This document shows positions 24,425-35,330 of a DNA stretch of 64,000 nt, in pieces. Source of the stretch: Octopus bimaculoides (lineage: Eukaryota); contig NC_068983.1 in NCBI RefSeq assembly GCF_001194135.2, forward strand, positions 145,532,452-145,596,451. The letters are read 5' to 3'. The position numbers and the translations under genes are program-made. Position 1 is the first letter of the stretch; every line of letters begins with the position of its first letter. The notes beneath the pieces were generated by a model. That model worked only from the letters and a program-made list of their open reading frames with translations, was not told the origin of the DNA and searched no databases.

Positions 24425-25562
24425 ATAAAAAACCTGTTTGTGTCAAAATATCTGGCATCTGGGCTGTTAACTTCCGCGGACACAAAATAACTGGCTGATC
24501 CCAGTTTGTTTCTTGATTACTCCAGCTGTTTAAGGTAGTTATATGAAATTGCCATCTCAAAATATCTTTTACTGTCAGTGACATAGCAGGAAACACGCTT
24601 AAGAGGGCGTGTATTGGCACATAAGCTTGTCTCTGTCCTCTGTGGTCAGTTCTGATAAATCCTGGCAGGTTATACATTAAACCGTCAGCACCGGAGAACG
24701 GTAAAAGGCGAAGTGAATATAATTCAGAAGTAGAGCCCTGAAAATGGGTGCTGTTGATAGTGTTATTTGTATTGGATATGGAATGGTAAAGTGAAAACAA
24801 AGTGCACGAAGAAGAAGATGGGTCTTTCGTGGCCCAATGTTTTTTAACAACCATTTCAACCAAGCACGACCAATAGAATATAACTTGTTTTAAATTGACA
24901 ATAGTATCCATTTTAGGAAGCATTTGAAATTTGCTGAGAAATCTTGATTGCTGTTTGGAAGAACACGTATAGATATTCTGTGTTATTAAAGGATACTTCA
25001 GCTTTAGACGAAGGCAGTTTAACACAATGGTGCAGTTTTTTCCAGTACAACCAGGAAATAGAACATCTCTAATATCAGACCAACTAGCCATAGGATTTCC
25101 TTGCACAGAAATATGAGGGACTGACCATATGATCTGATCGGGCAATTTTGCTATAGATTCATAAGACGGTAAGAAACTAGAGTTCAATACATTATCTATG
25201 TTTGATACTAACTGAGAAGCTCTGCAATTTAAACTGGATGCATCTTTGCTTATGACATGTTTCCAACGAACCAACTTGTTTAAATTCTGCCGATTCTTCC
25301 AAACATCTTCCAAGTTAACTATAATAATTCCAGTATCAACAATCTGGAAATTTTCCAGGAATTTGGCTCGCTCGCTGCTGGAACATTTGTGAATATTTCT
25401 TCGTTGCAGAGGATATTTCAAAGTGAATTTTAAACTATTTAGAACGATAGTGCAGTTTGATTCAGAACAATCTGGAAACAGGGTGATTTTTACATCTTGC
25501 CAATTAGCCATTTGAATATTACCCACATTTATATGTGGTATGCTTCTTATAAGATCTTCCAT
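24425..25562 (-). CDS. Exon A (379 codons): uncharacterised protein with two 83-aa internal repeats and a third diverged repeat, SKI/SNO/DACH-like winged helix by eye
   Basis: ATG at 25562 preceded by in-frame stops and an acceptor TTATTCCTACCAG (25576-25575); donor GTAAGT at 24424. Repeats aa 5-87 vs 145-227 are 41/83 identical without gaps. Confidence 0.85.
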
Positions 25563-25924
25563 TCAGAAGATTTACTGGTAGGAATAATTAACACAAAAAC
25601 CTATGTTTCTTCTAAAAACTGCAAAATAAAACAGAAAAACACATCATGAAACATGCTTCTTTAGACTACACATATACATTTTCAATTATTTTTTTTTTTT
25701 TTAATAATCTTTTCTGAATATTATTTACTAGAAGTCAAAAAATTTTTTTTTTAACATAATGAACGGAAGCGAGGGAAATCCCATAACACTAACAAAATGC
25801 TCCAAAATTGATGAAATCGATGTTCAGTGATAAGAAGAAAAAATGGAAAGACTTCCTCCCTGTCCCCACCTCCATTTTCTCACAAATTATTGTGTTTTTT
25901 TTTTTTTTTTTTTTTTGCCAAAAT

Positions 25925-26465
25925 CCCACGTTTTCGGATACGGAGTTTCCGGAAAATTGCCAAAAATCGGAATTTTGAAATTTTTTGCCTCTCCCCATGT
26001 CTTCATTTTTCACTTTTTTCCGCAAACCTAATCCTAAAACCCCAACCCTAACCCTAACCTTAAGCCTAAAACCGTAAGCCTAAAACCCTAACAGTAACCT
26101 TAAAACCCTAAAGCCCTAACCCTAAAGCCCTAACCCTAACCCTAAAACCTAACCCTAACTCTAAAACCCTAACCCTAACCCTATTTTTTCAGAATCGTAA
26201 TCTCCGTATTCTTCCGCATATTTTGACAAAAAAAATTGTGAAAAAAAGATTTTACAAAAATGTTTGTAAATTTTATTCAGAATCCATAATCTCCGTATTT
26301 TTCCGCATTTTTTTTTTTTTTTTTTTTTTTTNNNNNNNNNNNNNNTTTTTAATTTTCTGAAGAAAGTTTAAAAAAGAAGAATTTAGTGGTGGGGTAATTT
26401 CAAAATGCCGATTTTTGCCAGTTTTTTTTTGCAGATTCGCATTCTCCGTACCCGAAAACGGGGGA
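25925..26465. mobile_element. Inverted-repeat (foldback/MITE-like) element carrying a degenerate TAACCC array
   Basis: Imperfect ~55-60 bp inverted repeats (GTTTTCGGATACGGAG...AAAAATCGGAATTTTGAAA / TTTCAAAATGCCGATTTTT...CTCCGTACCCGAAAAC) flank CCCTAA variants at 26027-26183. Confidence 0.6.
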
Positions 26466-26933
26466 GGGGGGTAGAAAAAAAATTAAATAAAAAACGGTGT
26501 GTTTGGTGGGGTACAAAAGAAGTCTTGCAAAAAAAGAAAGAACATTAAAGAAAATGATAAATGAAGATGATTCAATTTATGGAGAAATTGCTTCTTTGTG
26601 TGTGTGTGTGTGTGTGTGTGATAATTAGCATATATATATATGTATTATGTACTTTATTGTGTTTTGTTATGCCCAAGATTCCTCCGTTCGATGAAAAATT
26701 GTCTTTCATGAAACGTGTCCGTGGTACGAAAAAGTTGAGGCTCTCATGTTGCGGGGATCACTAACCAAACGCCAGTAAATCAACTACTCGAAAAGTAGCC
26801 TCCCTTATCAATGACTAGTAAACATTTTGGCAGAGTATTTTCCCTTCATGATTAATTGTCGCTAACGTGAACTAATTTCCTAATAAGAACAGACCTTAAT
26901 TCAGTCCCAGCAGAGACTTCACAGCACACTTAC

Positions 26934-26960
26934 GATTGGATCTCTACTCGTGAAGCGCAT
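26934..26960 (-). other. Candidate 27-nt 5'-UTR exon of the minus-strand gene
   Basis: Acceptor GCATGTTTGTGATCTTTCAG, donor GTAAGT. Confidence 0.45.
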
Positions 26961-27442
26961 CTGAAAGATCACAAACATGCACCAAGTAAATCATTTAAGT
27001 AAATCAGTAATGAAGCATTGACTGATTCTACAGAATACATTAGTTTCGAAATTTTGGCACAAAGCCAGCAATTTCGGGAGAGAGGTGGATAAGTCAATTA
27101 TATCGACACCAGTGTATAACTGGTACTTACTTTGTCTTCCTCGGCAGGATTTGAACTCAGACGAAATGCCGCTAAGTGTTCTGCTCTGTGTGCTAGCGAT
27201 TCTGATTGCTCGCTGCCATTACAGTAGAATTACATTAAGTGCTCACAATATTCTACTACACGCATAAATTAAACGCGAGCGCGCGTGGTCTGGGGTGTGC
27301 GTGGGGGGGGATGGGACTTCGTCCCTGCACGAATAAAGCAAGTGATGCATGTCAATGATATAAAGCTAATACAAATAATAAATCGAATTTTCATATAAAT
27401 CTTTCATATTAGAAGAGACAACTAGAAACAGGGTATATATAT

Positions 27443-27533
27443 ATATATTTAATTATATATAAAGGGCATTAACTGTGTATTAATGCCTCACGCTAATACA
27501 CAGTTAATGCCCTTTATATATAATTAAATATAT
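27443..27533. repeat. Perfect 40-bp inverted repeat with an 11-nt loop
   Basis: ATATATTTAATTATATATAAAGGGCATTAACTGTGTATTA / loop ATGCCTCACGC / exact reverse complement. Confidence 0.95.
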
Positions 27534-27645
27534 CTATGAAGAAACGATGAATTTTTTCATTACGAAATTTTTCGTTATTTTTTCATTATGAGGTTTTTTT
27601 CACGCTGACTACTTGATAAATTCTTATAAAGAATTTATCCTATAT

Positions 27646-27678
<33 letters not shown>

Positions 27679-28561
27679 GTNNNNNNNNNNNNNNNNNNNN
27701 NNNNNNNNNNNNNNNNNNNNNNNNNNNNNNNNNNNNNNNNNNNNNNNNNNNNNNNNNNNNNNNNNNNNNNNNNNNNNNNNNNNNNNNNNNNNNNNNNNNN
27801 NNNNNNNNNNNNNNNNNNNNNNNNNNNNNNNNNNNNNNNNNNNNNNNNNNNNNNNNNNNNNNNNNNNNNNNNNNNNNNNNNNNNNNNNNNNNNNNNNNNN
27901 NNNNNNNNNNNNNNNNNNNNNNNNNNNNNNNNNNNNNNNNNNNNNNNNNNNNNNNNNNNNNNNNNNNNNNNNNNNNNNNNNNNNNNNNNNNNNNNNNNNN
28001 NNNNNNNNNNNNNNNNNNNNNNNNNNNNNNNNNNNNNNNNNNNNNNNNNNNNNNNNNNNNNNNNNNNNNNNNNNNNNNNNNNNNNNNNNNNNNNNNNNNN
28101 NNNNNNNNNNNNNNNNNNNNNNNNNNNNNNNNNNNNNNNNNNNNNNNNNNNNNNNNNNNNNNNNNNNNNNNNNNNNNNNNNNNNNNNNNNNNNNNNNNNN
28201 NNNNNNNNNNNNNNNNNNNNNNNNNNNNNNNNNNNNNNNNNNNNNNNNNNNNNNNNNNNNNNNNNNNNNNNNNNNNNNNNNNNNNNNNNNNNNNNNNNNN
28301 NNNNNNNNNNNNNNNNNNNNNNNNNNNNNNNNNNNNNNNNNNNNNNNNNNNNNNNNNNNNNNNNNNNNNNNNNNNNNNNNNNNNNNNNNNNNNNNNNNNN
28401 NNNNNNNNNNNNNNNNNNNNNNNNNNNNNNNNNNNNNNNNNNNNNNNNNNNNNNNNNNNNNNNNNNNNNNNNNNNNNNNNNNNNNNNNNNNNNNNNNNNN
28501 NNNNNNNNNNNNNNNNNNNNNNNNNNNNNNNNNNNNNNNNNNNNNNNNNNNNNNNNNNNNN

Positions 28562-28609
<48 letters not shown>

Positions 28610-29973
28610 CGAGTGTGTGCGTGCGTGCGTGCGTTAGTCTGTGTGCGTGTGTGCGTGAGTGTGTGTGTGTTTGAGTGTCTGCATGTGTGTGTATGTGTAT
28701 GTGTATGCATGTTTGAGCATGTGTGTACGTGCGCGCGTGTGGTGTGTGTGTTTGAGTGTGAGTGTGTATTTGAGTTTGTGTGTGTGCATGTGTGTGCTTC
28801 CGTGTGTGTGTGTATGTGTGTGAGTGTGTGTGAGAGAGAGAGAGTTTGTGTGTGCGAATGTGTGTGAATTGCAGGCGCATTTCCCTTTCAAACGTAAAAT
28901 ATAAAGAAAATTACTTTACCTTGTTTCATTCATTAGACTTATGCATTAGAAAAATGCTGAAAGCATTAGTTTGAATTTTTTAAGTTTTAGATAATACTAT
29001 TCAAAATCATAGCACGCATAGATATCCATTACAATACGTTAAAAACCCTTACTTTTGCTAGAAGTCCTTATAGAGCCACATGTTCATACAAATACACATA
29101 TATAAGCCATATATACATAAAAGAAACGTTTGTCTTGAAACAGACACAAAGGTAATTCCGTCATAGCTGCCTTTGTAGTGTAAGAGTCCTTGCATGTACA
29201 TCGCAAAGTTGACGAAGATAAAAACGAGAAACACAAAACTGGATTGCTTTTATCTTACATAGTACCATTATCAATGAATTATTGCCCCTTTTAAATAGAG
29301 TTGCTTCCCTTCTATTAAGATCTTGCAATTTATGTCATAACTTGTTACAAAGCATGTCCACTGGCATACATACATACATACATACATACATACATACATA
29401 CATACATACATACATACGGACAAACGTAAATATATATGCACAGGTGTAGACATGGCTGTGCGGTTAAGAAGTTCCCTTTGCAACCACGCCAGTAGCACGT
29501 TATCTCGAACACCCTTAGTCGCTTGACTTTCACCATCCATATAATCCACGCCTAAGTCTACCGGCCAGATCAAGATTTTAAATGTTTCACCTTGATGAGG
29601 GAAATTAGAGATTTTGGCAGCGTAAGCTAAGCTACTCTGGTTCCCTGGAGGCTGACAGGACCTTGAGTGACTGAAGTGAAAATGATAAAAACAAAAACGT
29701 ATCAGTACGCATATATGTTGAAAATAAAGTTAGGAACAAGCACTTGACTTTGGGGGCCAAGGTAATTCTGGATCTATGATGATCTTTGATTAGCCATAAT
29801 AGTCACTTGCCTAGTGATCAGGGTGACTCGGAATCTGTGAGATACTTTGGTCGCTCCTGGAGGTACCCCCTACTGGGAAATTTTGTTCTTATAATTTCTT
29901 ATTGTTTTTATTGTTTCACATGTCTATGTCCTACGTATTGTCTTGCTTTTGCGGCCTTTGTAGCCAATAACGC

Positions 29974-30057
<84 letters not shown>

Positions 30058-30095
30058 TGCAGCAGCACCACCACCACCACCACCACCACCACCAC
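29974..30095. repeat. (TAG)n followed by (CAC)n trinucleotide microsatellite
   Basis: Directly visible; it produces the poly-V, poly-T, poly-P and poly-G ORFs in the track. Confidence 0.95.
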
Positions 30096-30519
30096 TATCA
30101 CCAGTAAGGCAGCAAGCTGGTTGAACCGTTAGTGCGTCGAATAAAATGCTTAAATAGTATTTCTTCCAATTTGTTTGCACTCTAAGTTCAAATATCACCG
30201 AATTCAACTTTGCCTTTCGTATTTTCAGAGTCGGTAAAATAAAGTGTCAGTCTTGTACTGAGGTCGATGTAATCGACTCGTCACCCCTCCCCTCAAACTT
30301 ACTGGTTCTGTGCCTAAATTAGAAATAGTTATAAATGCAGCGAGAAGGCAGAATCGTCAGAGCTCGGAAAATGCCTTGCATAAGTAAATTCGGTTCTTTC
30401 ATACCTCGATCTGGTCAACAACTTTCAAGATTCATAAACTACAGAACAGTCAATAAATGCCCTCGCCTAAATATGAGGCCTTGTGCGGGTAAAAATTATT
30501 ATTACTAATATATACAAGA

Positions 30520-30730
30520 CGGCGAGCTGGCAGAACCGTTAGCACGCCGGGGGAAAATGCTTAGAGGCATTTCGTCCGTTTTAACGCTATGAGTTCAAAT
30601 TCTGCCGAGGTCGACTTTGCCTTTCATCCTTTTGGAGTTGATAAGATAAGTACCAGTTGAGCACTTGGATCGATATAATCGATTTATCCCCCTCCCGCGA
30701 AATTGCTGCCTTGAGCCAAAATTTGAAACC
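30520..30730 (+). mobile_element. SINE family A copy
   Basis: GGCGAGCTGGCAGAACCGTTAGCACGCCGGG...GAGTTCAAATTCTGCCGAGGTCGAC. Confidence 0.85.
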
Positions 30731-32589
30731 GAAACCATTATTACTAATATATGTGTGTGTGTGTGTGTGTGTGTGTAACAAGATTGATTGTAGATTCGTC
30801 CTTTGATTTGGTGGTTTCCAAAAAAGATTTCTAATGTTGATTCTTCATATTTCGCAGGTTGTTTACAGGCATAAATTTGCGAAGATGAAAATAATACTTG
30901 TATATGATGTGTGGTGAATTTATGGAAAGAAATCCCATAAAGTTCATCAATTTAGTTAAAAATGGAGAAGACAAGTTGTTAAAATTTATAAGAGAATTTT
31001 AATTCATGCAGACGATCGTTTCGTACAGAGATATAAAAATCATGCAAATTCATGACTGAATTGAATTAGATTAAATTAATTAAATAAAAAAGTCGAAAGA
31101 ATTGACACAGATCTCCGCCTATATTTAGGAATCAGTAATGGGTTATGTCCCTTTATACTTTGAGCTTAAAATCCCGTCGGGGTTGATATGTAAGGAAAAG
31201 GTGATATAATTGACTAAACTATCCTCCAAAATACCAGACTTTATGCCTATGTAGGAATTCAGTATTATCATTGCTTTGTTTTCGTTCTCATTTTCACTGT
31301 TCTATATTTCCACATTCAAATGGCTACTTTTCGTCAAATTTTGTTTGTGTTTCTCGGAGTCATGTCGTTTTTCAAACATCTTACCATAAATTTAATATCT
31401 TATGAACTGTCGTGCATTGTTCATGATCTGTATCTCGATCTTATTAAACATTGCAAAGTCAGTTGGAGGAATATGTATTAGTTGGTCAATTCGGCGTTAC
31501 CTCTCTTAACAGTGTTCGATGCTGATCAGAAGATTACTTCGAAAAGCTTGTATCTATTGATCTGGGTAGAGAGCGCTCCGAACTGACCTGGTGCGGTCAT
31601 ACTTTTTTGTCTACAGTGAGAATATTTCTCGATGGCAAAATGCTGTAAATAGCCTTCTTATGGGTTCGAATGAGTCTCAAACATACTTCAAACTATACAT
31701 ACATACATACATACAGATAGATATATCACACCTCGATTGCCATATCAGTTGGATATACCTTTGCTGATGAGGTTTAATAAGATCTAAACATGATAATTGC
31801 TTTCACCATTTCGCTTTAAAGACAAGACCCCTTTCCTATCTGCATTGTATTGTCTAAAATTTTCGATTAAGTTGATCTGATTTGAGTTACCTTATTCTGC
31901 CAGTTGTTTTAAACACTCAGAGGGAGTTTCGTTTACTAATTGCTGAGATAATCTCCGTTGATGGAAATATTTTTCATATCGCTTTATAACATACATGAAA
32001 ATATGACGTATTTTGTATTTAGTTTACAAAACGCTCCCCTGATGTCGATTCGCACAGCCATGTTATTGAGAATCGTCAGAGCATCAAGCAAAATGCCTTA
32101 ATGTATTTCATTGAGTTCAAATCTTGCCGAATTTAACTTCGTCTTTCGTCGAATGGTAAGACTGATGCTGTTAATGTTTGGTTTAAACTGTTACAGATGA
32201 ACATCTCAAAGGACATGAGCAAGAAGATTCTAGAGGATCAATGTTCTGGCGGGGAAGGGCATTAGGTGGGCAGCGCAGGGTCAAGGGGGTTGGGACGCAA
32301 CAAAGGTGACAAGATGGAATGAGTTCAGTGAGCCAGTGTGCTTGAGTGGAGGAGATATAATATCGGCCAGCTTCAAGGATCAGAAAGTCATTATTAGTTC
32401 TGGGAAGTGGCCAGTTGATTACATAGACCCTAGAGCTCGATTGGTACAATATTTTATCAATCCTGAAAAGTAAAGTTGACCTTGGCAGCATTTGAACTCG
32501 GAACGAAAAGTCACAAGAAATGCCGCTAGGCATTTGCTCAACGTACTAATAACTCTGCCAAGTTGCCGCCTTTATATTGCGTTCAAATT

Positions 32590-32790
32590 TTTGCACAAAG
32601 CCTGCGATTTCGGGGGCCGGGGTAAGTCGATTACATCGACTCCAATGTTCGACTGGTACTTATTTTATCGACCTCGAAAGGATGAAAGGCAAAGTCAACC
32701 TCGGTGGAAGTTGAACGCAGCACGTAAAGACGAACAAAATGCCGCTAAGTATTCTGCTTGGCATGCCTACGATTCTGCCAGCTCGCCACC
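32590..32790 (-). mobile_element. SINE family A copy
   Basis: Family consensus on the minus strand; a second, older copy is adjacent at 32380-32570. Confidence 0.8.
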
Positions 32791-33715
32791 TTTTGATACT
32801 CTTCATATTTGCAGCAGGAAAAAAGGAAAGAAGATACAGCACTTCCTTGGGGCAGACGTTAGAGTGTGTTTGTTGATTTTATGTCAATTAGTCGAATAGC
32901 CCTTCATAGAGTGTAGTCTAGTATATATATGCGAAACAGTACCGTCCCAATTTGAATCCTGCTTACGTTGAATTTGCATTTCCTCCATCCAGGATTCATA
33001 AAAGTAAATACTAATCAAGTACTGGGACCTGGTTATAGACCATATCCATTTAACAAAAATGTATAACTTTGTGCCTTATGTTAGAAACAAGATTCGACGA
33101 GGGGACGGGGTTGGCTTCTCCGTTGCTTTTCAGGTGGATTAACTGAAGACGAAAAACCAAAATGCTCCCCAACTAAACTCCTCCTTTCTCGTCGTTAACC
33201 ACAATAAAGATAATAATACTAGACTTCCATTGATCCGCTCGAACACAACTGACTGGAGTTACTCAACATCTTCACGAATAATCATGATCTTACGATTAGC
33301 AATTAAAAAAAGACATTTTTGTTTAAAATCCCATATAATCGAATACTTAATGTTCAGAAAAGAATCTAAACTAAAAAACAAAATATGAATTATAAATAAT
33401 CAAAATATTATAAATATTGTGATTTTTTTTCCAATGAATATACTTACAGTTCTGAGTTAAAGAATGAGTAATAAAATAACATTTACGACAATAACAACGC
33501 TGTTTGTATAACACACACATACACACACACACAGAGACACACACACGTACATACATAAATGTATGTATATATGAATATATGCTGTATGAACAACATTCGT
33601 GTGTGCGTATAAGGGGTGTGCAGACCGCAGAGGATGTTCGAAAGTATTTTACGTTTAAGGTAGGGAAGACAGTCAAAATACAGAATCCGCCACTGATCTA
33701 CCGTGTGTAATTTAC

Positions 33716-33748
<33 letters not shown>

Positions 33749-34704
33749 TGTGCGCGTGCGTGCGCGTGTGTGTGATTGAGGCAGCTTTATTATGTCAAGA
33801 AAACGTAACTGACGCCCATGCGAGTAAGCACGTCAATTTAAAATATATGTTGATTCTCATCGTCATGGAAACTAAAATTTATTGCTTTCTCATTGGTCAA
33901 CTCATATTCTATTTAACCGCATGGGTTCAAAATCCCATATTTTACTGGCGAATGTTGTTTCTTTTATTCTTTATTCATCGAAGAAAAAAAGGAGGAAATA
34001 AATATAACTTTAAAAATGTTTTATATATCAGTAAAATAATGTTAGTATGTTCTGTGTGGGTAAAACTAAAGCTACAATGTTATGTTCAGCTTATCCATTA
34101 TTTGTGTGACTCAGTCAGCTCGGGTGGTGAATATTAGTGGTATAGATTGATATGTAGATGAAGATGAAAGCATTGCCTCAAAACCTTTAGTGACTGGTTG
34201 GATTACACCACTCATAGATGTATCGAAAGCACGTTCACCTTGTTAACTTCATCCATCCCTCTCTGGGTTATTTACAAAAAAGAAAAGAAAACGAAAATAG
34301 AGTGAAAAGCTTCAAACTGGGAATCGAACTCGTATTGCAGAATCGCTTACGGTGACCTTAACTTTATGGTGCTAGCTCACGAACAATTAGTTGAATCTTA
34401 ATTACAGGAACATTTTTGTTTCAACAGATTCCTGACCCTGGATGTTATCATTTGTAACAGACATAGCAGGTTAGTTGTGATGGAGTTTATCTCGTCTTTC
34501 ACTCACATTAAAGTAGTTTGAAGACAGCTCGCCTTTCAAAGAAAGGAAGGTCAACCTACATGTAATAACGCAGACGCTTGAATTCAGCCAACCTAGCCCG
34601 ACATTGTACTAAATATTCTTTTGGGCATCCTTTTCTTTTTCTTTCTTTCAGTTTTATCTCTTCTGTCTTCTGTCTGTGGTTGCTCGACCTGTTGGCAATG
34701 GTCC

Positions 34705-35030
34705 TAGATCTGTGAAGGCGTATGACCAAGTAAGAATATTCGGCTCACAATCGTAAGGTCATGAGTTCGATTCACAGCGGCGCATTGTGTCTTTGAACAA
34801 GACACTTTATTTCACGTTGCTCCAGTCCACTCAGCTAGCAAAAATGAGTTGTACCTCTATTTCAAAGGGCCAGCCTTGTCATATTCTGTTTAACTCAGAA
34901 TTTCTCAGAGAACTACGTTAAGGGTACACGTGTCTGCGGAGTGTTCAGCCACTTGCACGTTAATTTCACGAACAGGTTGTTCCGTTAATCGGATCATTTG
35001 GAACACTAATCGTCATAACCGATGGAGTGC
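34705..35030 (+). mobile_element. SINE family B-related copy with a variant head
   Basis: B box GAGTTCGATTCAC, then the shared core AAGGGCCAGCCTTGTC...GAGAACTACGTTAAGGGTACACGTGTCTG...CACTTGCACGTTAATTTCACG. Confidence 0.75.
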
Positions 35031-35217
35031 TAGTCTTAGATCACATTGTATCGTCTTTGAAGGGAAGAGTCCTAGATATGCAAAAATACAGGATGATCAG
35101 AGCTGGACTGTATTACGTATCTCACCACGGGTGTAGCGAGACTCGAAACTGAATCGTCGAATTACGAGTTAAAGTCATGATATAACAACGGCTTGTTCAC
35201 ATATGACAGGCCGAGTT

Positions 35218-35330
35218 ATTGGCCAATCAGTAGCCATACTTTACGTGATAGATGAATCTCGATTCTAATGGAGCTATTCCTTACAAGGGTCATATAAAGG
35301 CTAGTTTTAGCACCAATTTTCAGTGTTAAT
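35218..35330 (+). promoter_or_regulatory. Candidate Pol II core promoter (CCAAT + TATA + Inr)
   Basis: ATTGGCCAAT at 35218-35227, TATAAA at 35293, TCAGT initiator with A at 35322 (29 nt after the TATA start). Confidence 0.4.

Noticed and set aside
27613-28880. Long ORFs spanning N runs (also 2308, 6883, 48431)
   Set aside because: Their length comes from assembly-gap Ns, not real codons.
29786-30207. Poly-Val/poly-Thr/poly-Pro ORFs
   Set aside because: Produced by (TAG)n and (CAC)n repeats.
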